A stretch of DNA of 48,847 nucleotides, taken from positions 1 to 48,847 of the forward strand of contig DASTHW010000006.1 of the NCBI GenBank assembly GCA_035717985.1. Direction: 5' to 3'. Position 1 is the stretch's first letter. Each line of letters opens with the position of its first letter. This document shows, one piece after another, positions 33,746 through 44,000 of this stretch. The DNA is from Candidatus Saccharimonadales bacterium (GTDB taxonomy: Bacteria; Patescibacteriota; Saccharimonadia; Saccharimonadales; UBA10212). The position numbers and the translations under genes were made by a program. The notes below the pieces were generated by a model that was not told the origin of the DNA, searched no databases, and worked only from the letters and a program-made list of their open reading frames with translations.

Positions 33746-36700
33746 CTAAAGCGTTACATTGCCTTGGATTTTTACGTTTCCTTGGATGTGGGTCTCTGTA
33801 GGCGCAGTTACAAAAGACTGGATGGCAGAGGCGTAGCTCCACCTGTTACTTCCCCCTGGATCTATAGCATAGGCACGCCACCAATATGTGGCATTAGAGT
33901 TTAGATAAGGTGCTTGGTAGCTATGTGTAGCTAGCTGAGATGAATTTACATTAGGATTACCGCTGTAAGCCGTGCCACTTAGGGCGTTCTGACCGCCCCA
34001 GCCAGCCTGGGAGGCCGTACAAGTCCCGGGTACACCTGTGCCGCCGTTATACTGGCAGATACTACGAACTATCGTATTGCACGAACTATCAGCACAAACA
34101 TCTATCCAGTACTCTAGATAGTCAGAATCATATTCGGCTGAGCGTAGCTGGAAAGTTGTATAAACACTATTGCCGCTACTACTGCTGACGGGGTACAAAA
34201 GTGTAGGCGGTGCCGGCGGCGTATCGCCTGTAGTAAAGGTGCTGATGGTGGAGGCGGGGCTCCAGGTATCTGTGCCACCGGGGTCTATGGCGTAGGCCTC
34301 CCACCAATATTGTGTATTCTTGGTTAGAGGTGGCAGTTGGAAATTATAAGTGGCCATTGTGGATGAGGTAATTACACTACTACCGGCATAGGCCGTGCCG
34401 CCCTGCTGGTCTTGGCCGCTCCAGCCGGTTTGAGATGATGCTTGATCCACGGTACGTATAACAGAGTTGCAGGCGCTATCGCTACAAATATTTATCTTGT
34501 ACTGTAAATAGTCACTATCAGCATCAGTAGTTCTTAACTGCAAAGAGGGCATATCAGACACTCCGGTAGACCCGCTGGTTGGAGAGAATAAGATTGGCGC
34601 CGCCGGCGTGGTGTTATACGTAACTGTGAAGTCAGTTATTTGGCTTTGAGTACCGCAGGTAGCATCATCCATCTTGAACTGGACCCATAAGTATCTGCCG
34701 GCCTGATTAATGTTATAGGTGGTGGCAGGCAGGCCGTAGGGTATGGTATTAACAGAGCTAAAGTTACCAGAGGCATCGCCTACTCTATAGTTTATCTGCA
34801 TACCGCAGACAGCTTGGCCGCTGAAGGAGAGATTTGTAATCTTGTAAGCGCCACCAATATCGACAGTTTTTTCATATATGGCGGACTGATCTGGAGAATT
34901 AATAGAAATAAATTGAACGCCACTGCAAGGATCGGCCAGACCCGTACAGTCATTGGCAGAGGAGCCACCTTCACCGCCTACGATATAGAGGTAGCCATTA
35001 TAGGAAGCTAGAGCAAACCCATATCGAGGCTGGGTAAAGCCGGATACGAAAGTTGTGCCATCATTTGTGGAATTATGAGTATAGTTCCAGGTGCCAATGG
35101 TGCCGTTTGAATTAATTTGGGCGAACTGGACACCATTACAGTAAATTCCAGTAGATGTGCAGTCATCGCTTGAAGTATATGCGGCACCTCCCATGATATA
35201 TAGGTATCCATTATAGGAGATGGCGGCTAGCCCATATCGGGGCTGGGTGAAGCCGGCCACAAAAGTACTGCCATTATTGGCCGAGTTACTGGTATAGTTC
35301 CAGGTGCCGATAGTGCCGTTTGAATTAATTTGGGCGAACTGGACACCGTTGCAGAAGTCATTGCCACCCGTAGTGCAGTCATTAGCCGGAGCACCGCTCC
35401 TGCCGCCTATAATATAGAGATAGTTATTGTAGGTAGCGACGGCTAGGTCATACCGGTTAGATGCGAAGCCCGCCACAAAGCTTGTACCGTCGTTTGTAGA
35501 GTTATGAGTGAAATTCCAAGCGCCTATAGTGCCATCGGGATTAATCTTGGCAAATTGGACATCATCGCACCCACCACCGTTACAGTAGGTACTTGAGCCT
35601 CCCAAGCCACCTATAATATATAGGTAGCCGTTGTAGGCGGCGGTGGCAAGAGAATACCTAGGAAGAATAAAGCCAGCCACAAAGGTACTGCCATTATTGG
35701 CCGAGTTACTGGTATAGTTCCAGGTACCGATAGTGCCGTCTGAGTTTATTTTGGCAAATTGGACGCCGTTGCAGATGCCGCTAGGGATTGCCGTACAGTC
35801 ATTGCCGGAACCCTCATTAGACATATATCCTCCGATCACATATAGATAGCCACCGTAGGCGACAGAGGCAAAATCAGCCCTAGGTTCTGTAAAGCCGTCC
35901 ACAAAGGTCGTGCCGTCGTTAGTGGAGTTGTGGGTATAGCTCCAGGCTCCAACAGTGCCATCGGAGTTTATTTTGGCAAATTGGACGCCATTACATATAC
36001 GATAAACATTGTCAGAACTTGTAGTACAATCATCGCCCGATGTGTCATATATTTCACCACCCAGTACGTACAAGTAGCCATTGTACGCCACTGAAGCTTG
36101 ACCATAGCGGGGCCGGGTAAACCCACCCGAGAAAGTACTGCCGTCATTGGTAGAATTATGTGTATAGTTCCAGGTGCCGTCGGTACCGAAGGAGGGAGTA
36201 GTGCCGGCATATATAGAGGTATACTGAACCCCATTACAGGAATATGGAACACCACCGAGGTTATCAGTGGTGCAATCTTGGCCACTGATGGTGTAATCTC
36301 CACCTATGACATATATATAACCGTTATGTATGACTGCGTCAGCAAATTCACGTCGGGTTATCAGGCCCGCATTAAAACTACTGCCGTCATCCGTACCGTT
36401 ATGCGTATAATGCCAGGCCCCGACAGTACCATTGTTATTTAGCTTAGCGAATTCGACACCACTGCAGTATGTAACGCAGTCGTTACCCGTATTGCTCCTA
36501 CCGCCAACAATATATATGTAGCCATTGTATGCCACTGCCGTGAAAGAAAAACGAGGCTGAATAAAACCAGCGGAAAAAGTTGTGCCGTCACTGACTGAAC
36601 TGTGGGTATAATTCCAATCACTTACTGTACCGTCGGCGTTAATCTTCGCGAATTGGACGCCACTGCAAATGCTTGACGGACATTCGGAATTAACTGAAGC

Positions 36701-39700
36701 ATAGCCGCCTAAGACATAGAGGTAGCCCTTATACGCTACTGATGCGAGATCTTGGCGAGCGGCAGTGAACCCAGCCACGAATGCTGTGCCGTCGTTGGTG
36801 GAGTTATGGGTGTAGTTCCAGGTGCCAATGGTCCCATCACTGTTTATCTTGGCGAACTGGACGCCAGAGCACATGCCAAATGTACAGTCATTGGCACTAG
36901 TGTTAGACGAATAACCGCCCATGACATAAAGGTAGCCATTATATGTTGCCGCACCAAACCACTCCCGAGCCTTGATAAAACCGGCCACGAAGGTCGTACC
37001 GTCATCTGTAGAGTTATGAGTGTAGTTCCAGGTGCCAATGGTTCCATCACTGTTTATCTTGGCGAACTGGACGCCGTTGCAGTATTGGGAATCCGTACAG
37101 TCGTTGGTCCCATCACCAGAACCGCCAAGAATATATAAGTAGCCATTGTAGGCCAGTGCGGAGTGGCCAGAGCGGGGGCTTATAAAACCGGCCACGAAGG
37201 TCGTACCGTCATCTGTAGAGTTATGAGTGTAATGCCAGGTGCCAATGGTTCCATCACTATTTATCTTGGCGAACTGGACGCCAGAGCAAAAACCGTTACA
37301 GTCATCACTACTAATACTAGAGTCCCCTCCAATAACGTAGAGATAGCCATTATATACGACTGAAGACTTATGTTTACGGGGGTGGATAAAGCCGTTCGAA
37401 AATGTTGTCCCGTTATTGGTTGAGTTGCTGGTGTAGTTCCAAGCACCAACCGGGCCGGCGGTGGCGCGCAATGTAGTTAGTGAAGCGAACTGGACGCCAT
37501 TGCAGAAATAACTACTAAACCCGTCATAGGTAGTACAATCATAAGAATTTGTAACACCGCTCCCTCCTAGAATGTAAATATAGCCATTATAGACAATCGA
37601 GGTGTGTTCACTCCTAGCAGTAAAAAACCCACTACTACATGGTGCGACCCAGGTAGCGCATGAGCTACCTCCTGCCGTGTAATTCCATGCACCGATTGTA
37701 CCGTTAGCGTTGATGGGGGCATACTGGACGCCATTGCAGTAAGATGGGTTAGCACCAGATGTACAATCGCTGGCACTAACCCAGGTATTACCACCGATGA
37801 TGTATAGATAACCGTTGTAGGCAACAGAGGTATGGCTTTCTCTGGCGGTATTAAAACTACTACTACATGGTGCGACCCAGGTAGCGCATGAGCTACCTCC
37901 TGCCGTGTAATTCCATGCACCGATTGTACCGTTAGCGTTGATGGGGGCATACTGGACGCCATTGCACAAAAAAACAGTCGAGGTGGTACAGTCATTGGCG
38001 CTGGCATTACTGGCACCACCGGATATATATAAGTAACCGTTATAGGCTACTGATTCATGAAACCACCGCGCCTGGGTGAATCCGGCCACAAAGGTAGTGC
38101 CGTCATCTGTCCCGTTATGGGTGTAGTGCCAGGCGCCAACGGTGCCGTTAGCGTTGATGGGGGCATACTGGACGCCATTGCAGTAATTGTTATTAGCAGA
38201 TGCGCAGTCATTCCCTGCCGTAGCACCAGAGCTCCCGCCGATAACATACAAATAGCCATTGTAGGCTACTGTTGTATGACCTCTTCGTGGTTGGATAAAC
38301 CCAGCTACGAAAGTAGTACCGTCATCGGTGGAATTGTGGGTATAGTGCCAGGCGCCAACGGTGCCATTAGCGTTGATGGGGGCATACTGGACACCATTGC
38401 AGAGGCTACTACAATCGTTACCATTTGTCCCTGGATAGCCTCCTAATATATAGAGGTACCCATTATAGGCAACTGAGGTTTGTTGGGTGCGGGCCTGGAT
38501 AAAACCAGCTACGAAAGTGGTGCCGTCATCGGTGGAATTGTGGGTATAGTGCCAGGCGCCAACGGTGCCATTAGCGTTGATGGGGGCATACTGGACGCCG
38601 CTACAGTAACCGCTATCAGTCGACACGCAATCGTTACTAGTGCCGCCAGTACCATCACTGCCACCTATGATGTATAGGTATCCATTGTAGGCAACTACCG
38701 AACTGTTGCTTCTTGCAGTCATGAAACCGGATGAGAAAGTAGTGCCATTGTTGGTGGAATTGCTGGTGTAGTTCCAGGCACCTACCGTCCCGGTACCAAT
38801 ACCTGCCCGGTCGATCTCATCCGCAGTGGAATAGTCTATATTGCCGTCGTCGTAGCCGGTAGCGAAGTCTGCTGTAGTTGTCACCACTACAGTAGGGTCT
38901 ATGGTTAGCGGGTAGTTTTTATTTTTAAGACCAGCGGCAGTCAGAGTTAAGATATCGCCGCTTAAGCTAAACTTTACTCCGCTAGTAGAGAGTTTGCCCT
39001 TAGCGTCCTTTATATACGGAGCTGGGATGATGAATTCTAGGTTGTCTTTTTTGGCGTTTTGGCGGGCCTTTGTTATCAACGCCTGGCTTTTGGCATCGCC
39101 AATCTGCAAGTTTGAACTAAATAAAGTTGGGTCCGGCGAGTAAATTCCTACCCCGCCGTCGGCCATCATTTTGGCCGTAAGCTGGCTACCCAGCTCCAGC
39201 TTCCAGCGAAAAGTAAAACTATCAACAGGGGCTTTGGGTAGTAAAATATCTTCCTTTATGCCGTTACGCTTTAGCGTTAAAACTTGGTGCGTGCCGTGTG
39301 CGCCAGCAAAAATAGTCTGCCCACTACCAGTGTATTTGCCTGAAGATAGACCATCTAGCGGCACCATATTAAAACTAAAATCACTTTGCCCATCGCCAAA
39401 AGTTACACCGGCTGAGGCTTTTTTGTTAATGATAGCTTTATACGGCATTTTGCCGGTAGAGTCAGCCGGCCCGGAGACATTTAGCTGGCGATCGCCTGGT
39501 GCATTGACCTGGTCTTGGGCATTATAGCTAATGGCGGCCTTGGTAAGTTTTACGTATTTAAGGTCGACCGAGCTTTTACTTAACAGCGATTTTTCTTTAG
39601 CCGTTAAATCATACCGGTGGCCGGCCTGGTAAAAAAAGTTGGCGGCTAGGCCGGCGATAACTATTACAGAAAATGCTACCGCCGTTTGCCATTTATATTT

Positions 39701-39772
39701 CTTTAGCCAAGACAGTTTAGCTAGCTTAGTTAATTTTTCTGTTGGTATTTGCTTAAATAATTTTCTCATCAT
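33746..39772 (-). CDS. Giant membrane-anchored protein (2008 aa): Rhs/WapA-like N-terminal domain, 18 Cys-containing Kelch-like blades, two Fn3-like domains
   Basis: TM WQTAVAFSVIVIAGLAANFFY; GIKEDILL...YPLTIDPT; 18 x 'R....SVAYNGYLYxxGG...DC(x3-11)CNGVQFAxIN'; 2 x 'YWWxAYAIDPGG'; ATGA overlap with the upstream gene. Confidence 0.93.
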   Translation of the reverse strand: MMRKLFKQIPTEKLTKLAKLSWLKKYKWQTAVAFSVIVIAGLAANFFYQAGHRYDLTAKEKSLLSKSSVDLKYVKLTKAAISYNAQDQVNAPGDRQLNVSGPADSTGKMPYKAIINKKASAGVTFGDGQSDFSFNMVPLDGLSSGKYTGSGQTIFAGAHGTHQVLTLKRNGIKEDILLPKAPVDSFTFRWKLELGSQLTAKMMADGGVGIYSPDPTLFSSNLQIGDAKSQALITKARQNAKKDNLEFIIPAPYIKDAKGKLSTSGVKFSLSGDILTLTAAGLKNKNYPLTIDPTVVVTTTADFATGYDDGNIDYSTADEIDRAGIGTGTVGAWNYTSNSTNNGTTFSSGFMTARSNSSVVAYNGYLYIIGGSDGTGGTSNDCVSTDSGYCSGVQYAPINANGTVGAWHYTHNSTDDGTTFVAGFIQARTQQTSVAYNGYLYILGGYPGTNGNDCSSLCNGVQYAPINANGTVGAWHYTHNSTDDGTTFVAGFIQPRRGHTTVAYNGYLYVIGGSSGATAGNDCASANNNYCNGVQYAPINANGTVGAWHYTHNGTDDGTTFVAGFTQARWFHESVAYNGYLYISGGASNASANDCTTSTVFLCNGVQYAPINANGTIGAWNYTAGGSSCATWVAPCSSSFNTARESHTSVAYNGYLYIIGGNTWVSASDCTSGANPSYCNGVQYAPINANGTIGAWNYTAGGSSCATWVAPCSSGFFTARSEHTSIVYNGYIYILGGSGVTNSYDCTTYDGFSSYFCNGVQFASLTTLRATAGPVGAWNYTSNSTNNGTTFSNGFIHPRKHKSSVVYNGYLYVIGGDSSISSDDCNGFCSGVQFAKINSDGTIGTWHYTHNSTDDGTTFVAGFISPRSGHSALAYNGYLYILGGSGDGTNDCTDSQYCNGVQFAKINSDGTIGTWNYTHNSTDDGTTFVAGFIKAREWFGAATYNGYLYVMGGYSSNTSANDCTFGMCSGVQFAKINSDGTIGTWNYTHNSTNDGTAFVAGFTAARQDLASVAYKGYLYVLGGYASVNSECPSSICSGVQFAKINADGTVSDWNYTHSSVSDGTTFSAGFIQPRFSFTAVAYNGYIYIVGGRSNTGNDCVTYCSGVEFAKLNNNGTVGAWHYTHNGTDDGSSFNAGLITRREFADAVIHNGYIYVIGGDYTISGQDCTTDNLGGVPYSCNGVQYTSIYAGTTPSFGTDGTWNYTHNSTNDGSTFSGGFTRPRYGQASVAYNGYLYVLGGEIYDTSGDDCTTSSDNVYRICNGVQFAKINSDGTVGAWSYTHNSTNDGTTFVDGFTEPRADFASVAYGGYLYVIGGYMSNEGSGNDCTAIPSGICNGVQFAKINSDGTIGTWNYTSNSANNGSTFVAGFILPRYSLATAAYNGYLYIIGGLGGSSTYCNGGGCDDVQFAKINPDGTIGAWNFTHNSTNDGTSFVAGFASNRYDLAVATYNNYLYIIGGRSGAPANDCTTGGNDFCNGVQFAQINSNGTIGTWNYTSNSANNGSTFVAGFTQPRYGLAAISYNGYLYIMGGAAYTSSDDCTSTGIYCNGVQFAQINSNGTIGTWNYTHNSTNDGTTFVSGFTQPRYGFALASYNGYLYIVGGEGGSSANDCTGLADPCSGVQFISINSPDQSAIYEKTVDIGGAYKITNLSFSGQAVCGMQINYRVGDASGNFSSVNTIPYGLPATTYNINQAGRYLWVQFKMDDATCGTQSQITDFTVTYNTTPAAPILFSPTSGSTGVSDMPSLQLRTTDADSDYLQYKINICSDSACNSVIRTVDQASSQTGWSGQDQQGGTAYAGSSVITSSTMATYNFQLPPLTKNTQYWWEAYAIDPGGTDTWSPASTISTFTTGDTPPAPPTLLYPVSSSSGNSVYTTFQLRSAEYDSDYLEYWIDVCADSSCNTIVRSICQYNGGTGVPGTCTASQAGWGGQNALSGTAYSGNPNVNSSQLATHSYQAPYLNSNATYWWRAYAIDPGGSNRWSYASAIQSFVTAPTETHIQGNVKIQGNVTL
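37631..37966. repeat. Identical 108-bp direct repeats (37631-37738 and 37859-37966)
   Basis: actactacatggtgcgacccagg...ggacgccattgca at both sites, 228 bp (76 codons) apart. Confidence 0.92.
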
Positions 39773-41067
39773 TGTGCCCAGAAGTATGATTGCTTAACTC
39801 CGCCGGTAAACCATTCCCCGCCCCGCATGACCTGGTCTGTTGTAGGCCCGGGCGGAACGATAGTCGCAGAACCCGATATTGCTACCACAGTGGCCGGCGT
39901 TACACTGCCCACTGAAGCTAAAACATCTGTAGCCGGATCGGTAATTTGGAACTTAAGTGTGCTACCGCTGATAGCGCCAGAGCCAACATCTATCTTGGCG
40001 TAAAAACAATACTGCGAGGTGCTGACACTAAGAGAGCCAGTAACCGTAGCATCACCGCTAGCATTAAAACTGCCTGGAGTTGAATTAAACTGCGTGGTAC
40101 CGGAAGTTGGGAAGGTCGCCTCGCAAGTAGCCTCCTGCTTGTAGTACAAAGTGAGGTTGGCCAGATTGGTTTGGGCGTTAACGGTGCCGCTGTTATGAAC
40201 TTTTATGCTGGTGATGTTGGCCGAACCCACATCGCGCACAAAGGTAAACGCACCGCCCACATAATTGCCGGTTGTGCCAATGGTTAAGCTAGCTACGTGG
40301 GTGCCAAACGTGCCGGCAGTTATAGCTGGGGAGGCTAATATCTCAATTACAATGCTGGCATAGTTAGCGCTGGCACTAAAACCGGTAACATTTGTAGATG
40401 GCCAGTTGGTGCCGGTAGGACCATTGGTGTCGTTAGCCGCCGCTACGGGTGTAGCCGGCGACGTGGCCCTGCTAACCATGCCGGTAGGCGCCGTGGCCAT
40501 ACGAGTATCGGCCGTGTTTCTGACGGCTACTCCGGCAAACCAAGATGAGCCATCAGTAGCTGTTAAACTATCTGCGGCATAGGTGACAGAAGTAGCACTA
40601 CCGGTAGAGGTAATACTGCTACCCACCGGCGAGGCCGCCTGGCCGCGAAAGACTTGCATAACAACATTGGTCGCGCCCGTCCACGTGCCGCTGGTAGAAC
40701 TGGCACTGGCGGCCGTGCTCCAGCCAGCCGTTATAGCGTTCCTGTTACTGCCTGGGCCGCTACTGGTACTAGCCGTGTTTATACTCGTGAAACCACTGGC
40801 CGTAGTGGGGACTGTGCTACTGCCGGTGATAGAGGCACTAACGAGTAGCAGATCACCAGCTTGCTCGCCACTACAGGCCGCTGTGCTGGTGCTGGCCGCC
40901 GAGCTGGCGCAGACAAAGCTTAAAGCCGAGGCGTCTGCCTTGGGGGCAAACAAGGTGCCTGGGCCAAAAAGTACTACAGCAATCAACAGTATGGTTATCA
41001 TGCTTAGGCTGGTAATTTTTTGGGGCCAGCCTGATTCTTTTTGCTTTTTAAAGTAATGATTTGCCAT
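39769..41067 (-). CDS. Secreted Ser/Thr/Ala-rich surface protein (432 aa)
   Basis: Signal-like ITILLIAVVLFGPGTLFAPKADA, two beta-rich domains, C-terminal PTTDQVMRGGEWFTGGVKQSYFWAQ; 7 nt from the upstream giant stop. Confidence 0.88.
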   Translation of the reverse strand: MANHYFKKQKESGWPQKITSLSMITILLIAVVLFGPGTLFAPKADASALSFVCASSAASTSTAACSGEQAGDLLLVSASITGSSTVPTTASGFTSINTASTSSGPGSNRNAITAGWSTAASASSTSGTWTGATNVVMQVFRGQAASPVGSSITSTGSATSVTYAADSLTATDGSSWFAGVAVRNTADTRMATAPTGMVSRATSPATPVAAANDTNGPTGTNWPSTNVTGFSASANYASIVIEILASPAITAGTFGTHVASLTIGTTGNYVGGAFTFVRDVGSANITSIKVHNSGTVNAQTNLANLTLYYKQEATCEATFPTSGTTQFNSTPGSFNASGDATVTGSLSVSTSQYCFYAKIDVGSGAISGSTLKFQITDPATDVLASVGSVTPATVVAISGSATIVPPGPTTDQVMRGGEWFTGGVKQSYFWAQ

Positions 41068-41074
41068 AGTCAGT

Positions 41075-44000
41075 TTACTTCCTGTTGTATATGATGTTTA
41101 TCTCACCCGCCCTGGCATAATCACCGCTTGCCGCGACTTTCAGGCTCACATCTAACACAATCGTGTCTCCAGCGTTTACCGTACAGCTACCAAAGCCGGG
41201 GTTGGCGGTTCCCCAAGTCGCCGTCGTGCTGACCGTTCCGGCGGTACCGCAGGCAGTACTACCCTTGTAAATCGTAATCTTAGCCAGATCTGATGTAGTG
41301 CTGGTCCAGCCGTTGAATGTAATGCTGTTAAAGCTACTGAAGTCGGTCGGTGCCCGCCACTGGACAAAAATGTCATAGTCATTAGTGCCGGCGATGCTCT
41401 CGGTCCAAGAATAGTAACTATGCTGGTCGCTGGCACCACAGGGGTTGGGACTTGGGATAATATTTAGCAGACTGGAGCCCGAGCAAAAGTCGCTGGTCAT
41501 ACTGCCCGTATGGGTATTGCCGGTGTTGTTGTTTGGGGTCATGACGGCATTCACGTATTCGGGTGCCAGCGTTACCGTAGCCGTACTACTGCCGCCGCCG
41601 CAAGCACCCCATGTTAATACACCGGGCGTACCAGTATTCATTAGGCATTGGTTCGCACTGCCAGAGCTACCCGGTAGTGTTATAGCATATTGCGTGGTTC
41701 CGCCGGCCGCCTGAATAGATACATTGTTGGCACCGTTCCAAAATGCTAGCTTGCCGGAATTATCAACACTTAGAACTGTGCTACTGGCCGATTGGGCATT
41801 TATAAGATATCCGGTAGCCGCACTGTCGCTCTGATTCAGTAATAGAACGTTAGCTGTATTTGCTAGGCCTGTGGGCGAGAGGTCTTGGACTCTCATTACG
41901 CTACCCTGCAGTGTACTACCTGCCCCGGCACTTACCGTGCGCGAGAAATCGAAGTCATTGGTGGTATAGCTAATTGTACTGGCGGTAGTAAAGTTTTTAC
42001 TGCCCACAAGTTGGTCTGTTTGGCCGGACAAGGCTACTGTTACCGTACCTGTGCCACTACCCACTTGGGTAGTTCCGCTTGATGCCGCAAAGATAGCCGT
42101 CCCGCCGCTATAACTTATAGAGGCATAGTTAGTACCTGTACCGTCGTAAACCTTCAATGCAGGCTGAGCACCAGAGGTATCTAGCGCCAGCTCTTTGGCA
42201 TTGCTACCATTTTGAATCAAGAAAGCTGAAGCGGAGCTACCAGCTGTTTGCAAATAATACCCATTTAAGCCTAAATTGCCATTAACATCCACGCCACCGC
42301 CTACACTTAATCCTCCGGCGACGGAGGCGTCACCAGCAGTTTGCATATTTGAATCAACTGCAAGAGTTCCAAATTCAGCCCCACCGGCTTCTAATTGCTG
42401 TGTGTATGTACCGCCGAGGTCGAAGACATACAAACCATTAGCGTCTGCTGAGGCGTATGCATATCTGCCTTCGACAGAGACGTCAACAATACCGGGTGCA
42501 CTACCACTGGCAGTAACAAAAACTGGTGAGTAAGGATTACTTATGTCGACTACCGTTAGAGTGTCATTGCCGATACTAGCTATGTATGCATAGCGGCCCT
42601 GGATCGTAATTCCATCCGAACCAGAAAGTCCAGTAGTTAAAGTTGTAACCAAAGACGGGCTGGATGGCGTTGAGACATCTATTACGTATAGTGCTCCACT
42701 TTGGCTAGTAACATATGCATAGTGACCTTTAACATATACGCCGAAAGGATTTGATAAACCTGTTGATATAGAACCCGCCAGAGAGAGGCTGTTTGGGTTC
42801 GATATATCTATTATGGACAGTGTATGTGGTGATCCGCTGGTAACATAAGCATAATTACCTGCAACATAGATATTCCCGGGGAACGATGCCATGCTAAGCG
42901 ATCCAAGAGCCACTGGGCTTGATGGGTTAGAGATGTTATAGACTTCTATGGCCGGACTACCCGCAACGGTGATATAGGCATACTGCCCGCGTATATAGAT
43001 GTCCTGTGGCGCCGAACCGATAGACACTGAGCCTAAATATGATGGAGAAGTTGGAACGCTTATATTGTAAATGGCTAAGGTGCCGCTACCATTATTAACT
43101 ATGTAAGCATACTGGCCTTGGACATATACTTGATAAGGACTATTAATCCCAGTAGTGGATGTGGCGACTACTATAGGCGCAATAGGATTTGATATATCTG
43201 TAACGTAGAATTTATTACCAGTATTGTCTATGGAATATAAGTAACGACCTACAACAAATGAGCTCACTACATACGACCCTTTAAGCATGGAACCGACGAG
43301 CTTTGGCTGTGTTCCACTGACATACACCTGCCCAGTAGGAGTACCTAGACCGCCAACTGAAAGTTGGAGAGAAGAATTGGATTTATTGCTACTAGTATAG
43401 GCACTGCTTGAAGTTGGGGGTGTGGCTGTGCCAGCAGTAATCGAACCATTATCAGTGAATGAGGAACTAAGAACTGTGGTCAAATAGACCTCGCTACCAG
43501 CTACGCCGTTAGCGGCTGAACGATAGATTCTATAACCACTAGCTCCCGTTACAGCCGTCCAGGAAATACCAATGGTCTGATTACCAGACGTAAGGGTGGT
43601 GGTGTTCTCATCAAAAGTAGAAGTTTCGCCACCAGCAGAATCTATAGCCGTTACTTCATAGTAGTACTTAGCTAGTGCCGTCAGTGAGCCACCGGCTGAT
43701 TGAGTTAAAGTTAGAGTTCCCGGGGAACTCATCTGGTTATATATCACGTCAACACTTATGCGCATGTTGCTTGTATCACCCGTGAGTAGCGTCGCGCCGG
43801 AGGAGTTCTGTAACGTAAAGCCACTGGTAGAATTAGTTTTTGTTATAAATTGAGACTGCCCTAAGACCTTCAGCTGGGGAGGGCTAGACAAGCTACCAAC
43901 TAAATTTATGCCCGTATCATTGAATGTGGTGCCACTAGTATTACCGACCCAGCCCGTAGAACTCGGATTGCCACCAGTGGCATAGGTGCGGTAGATATTA

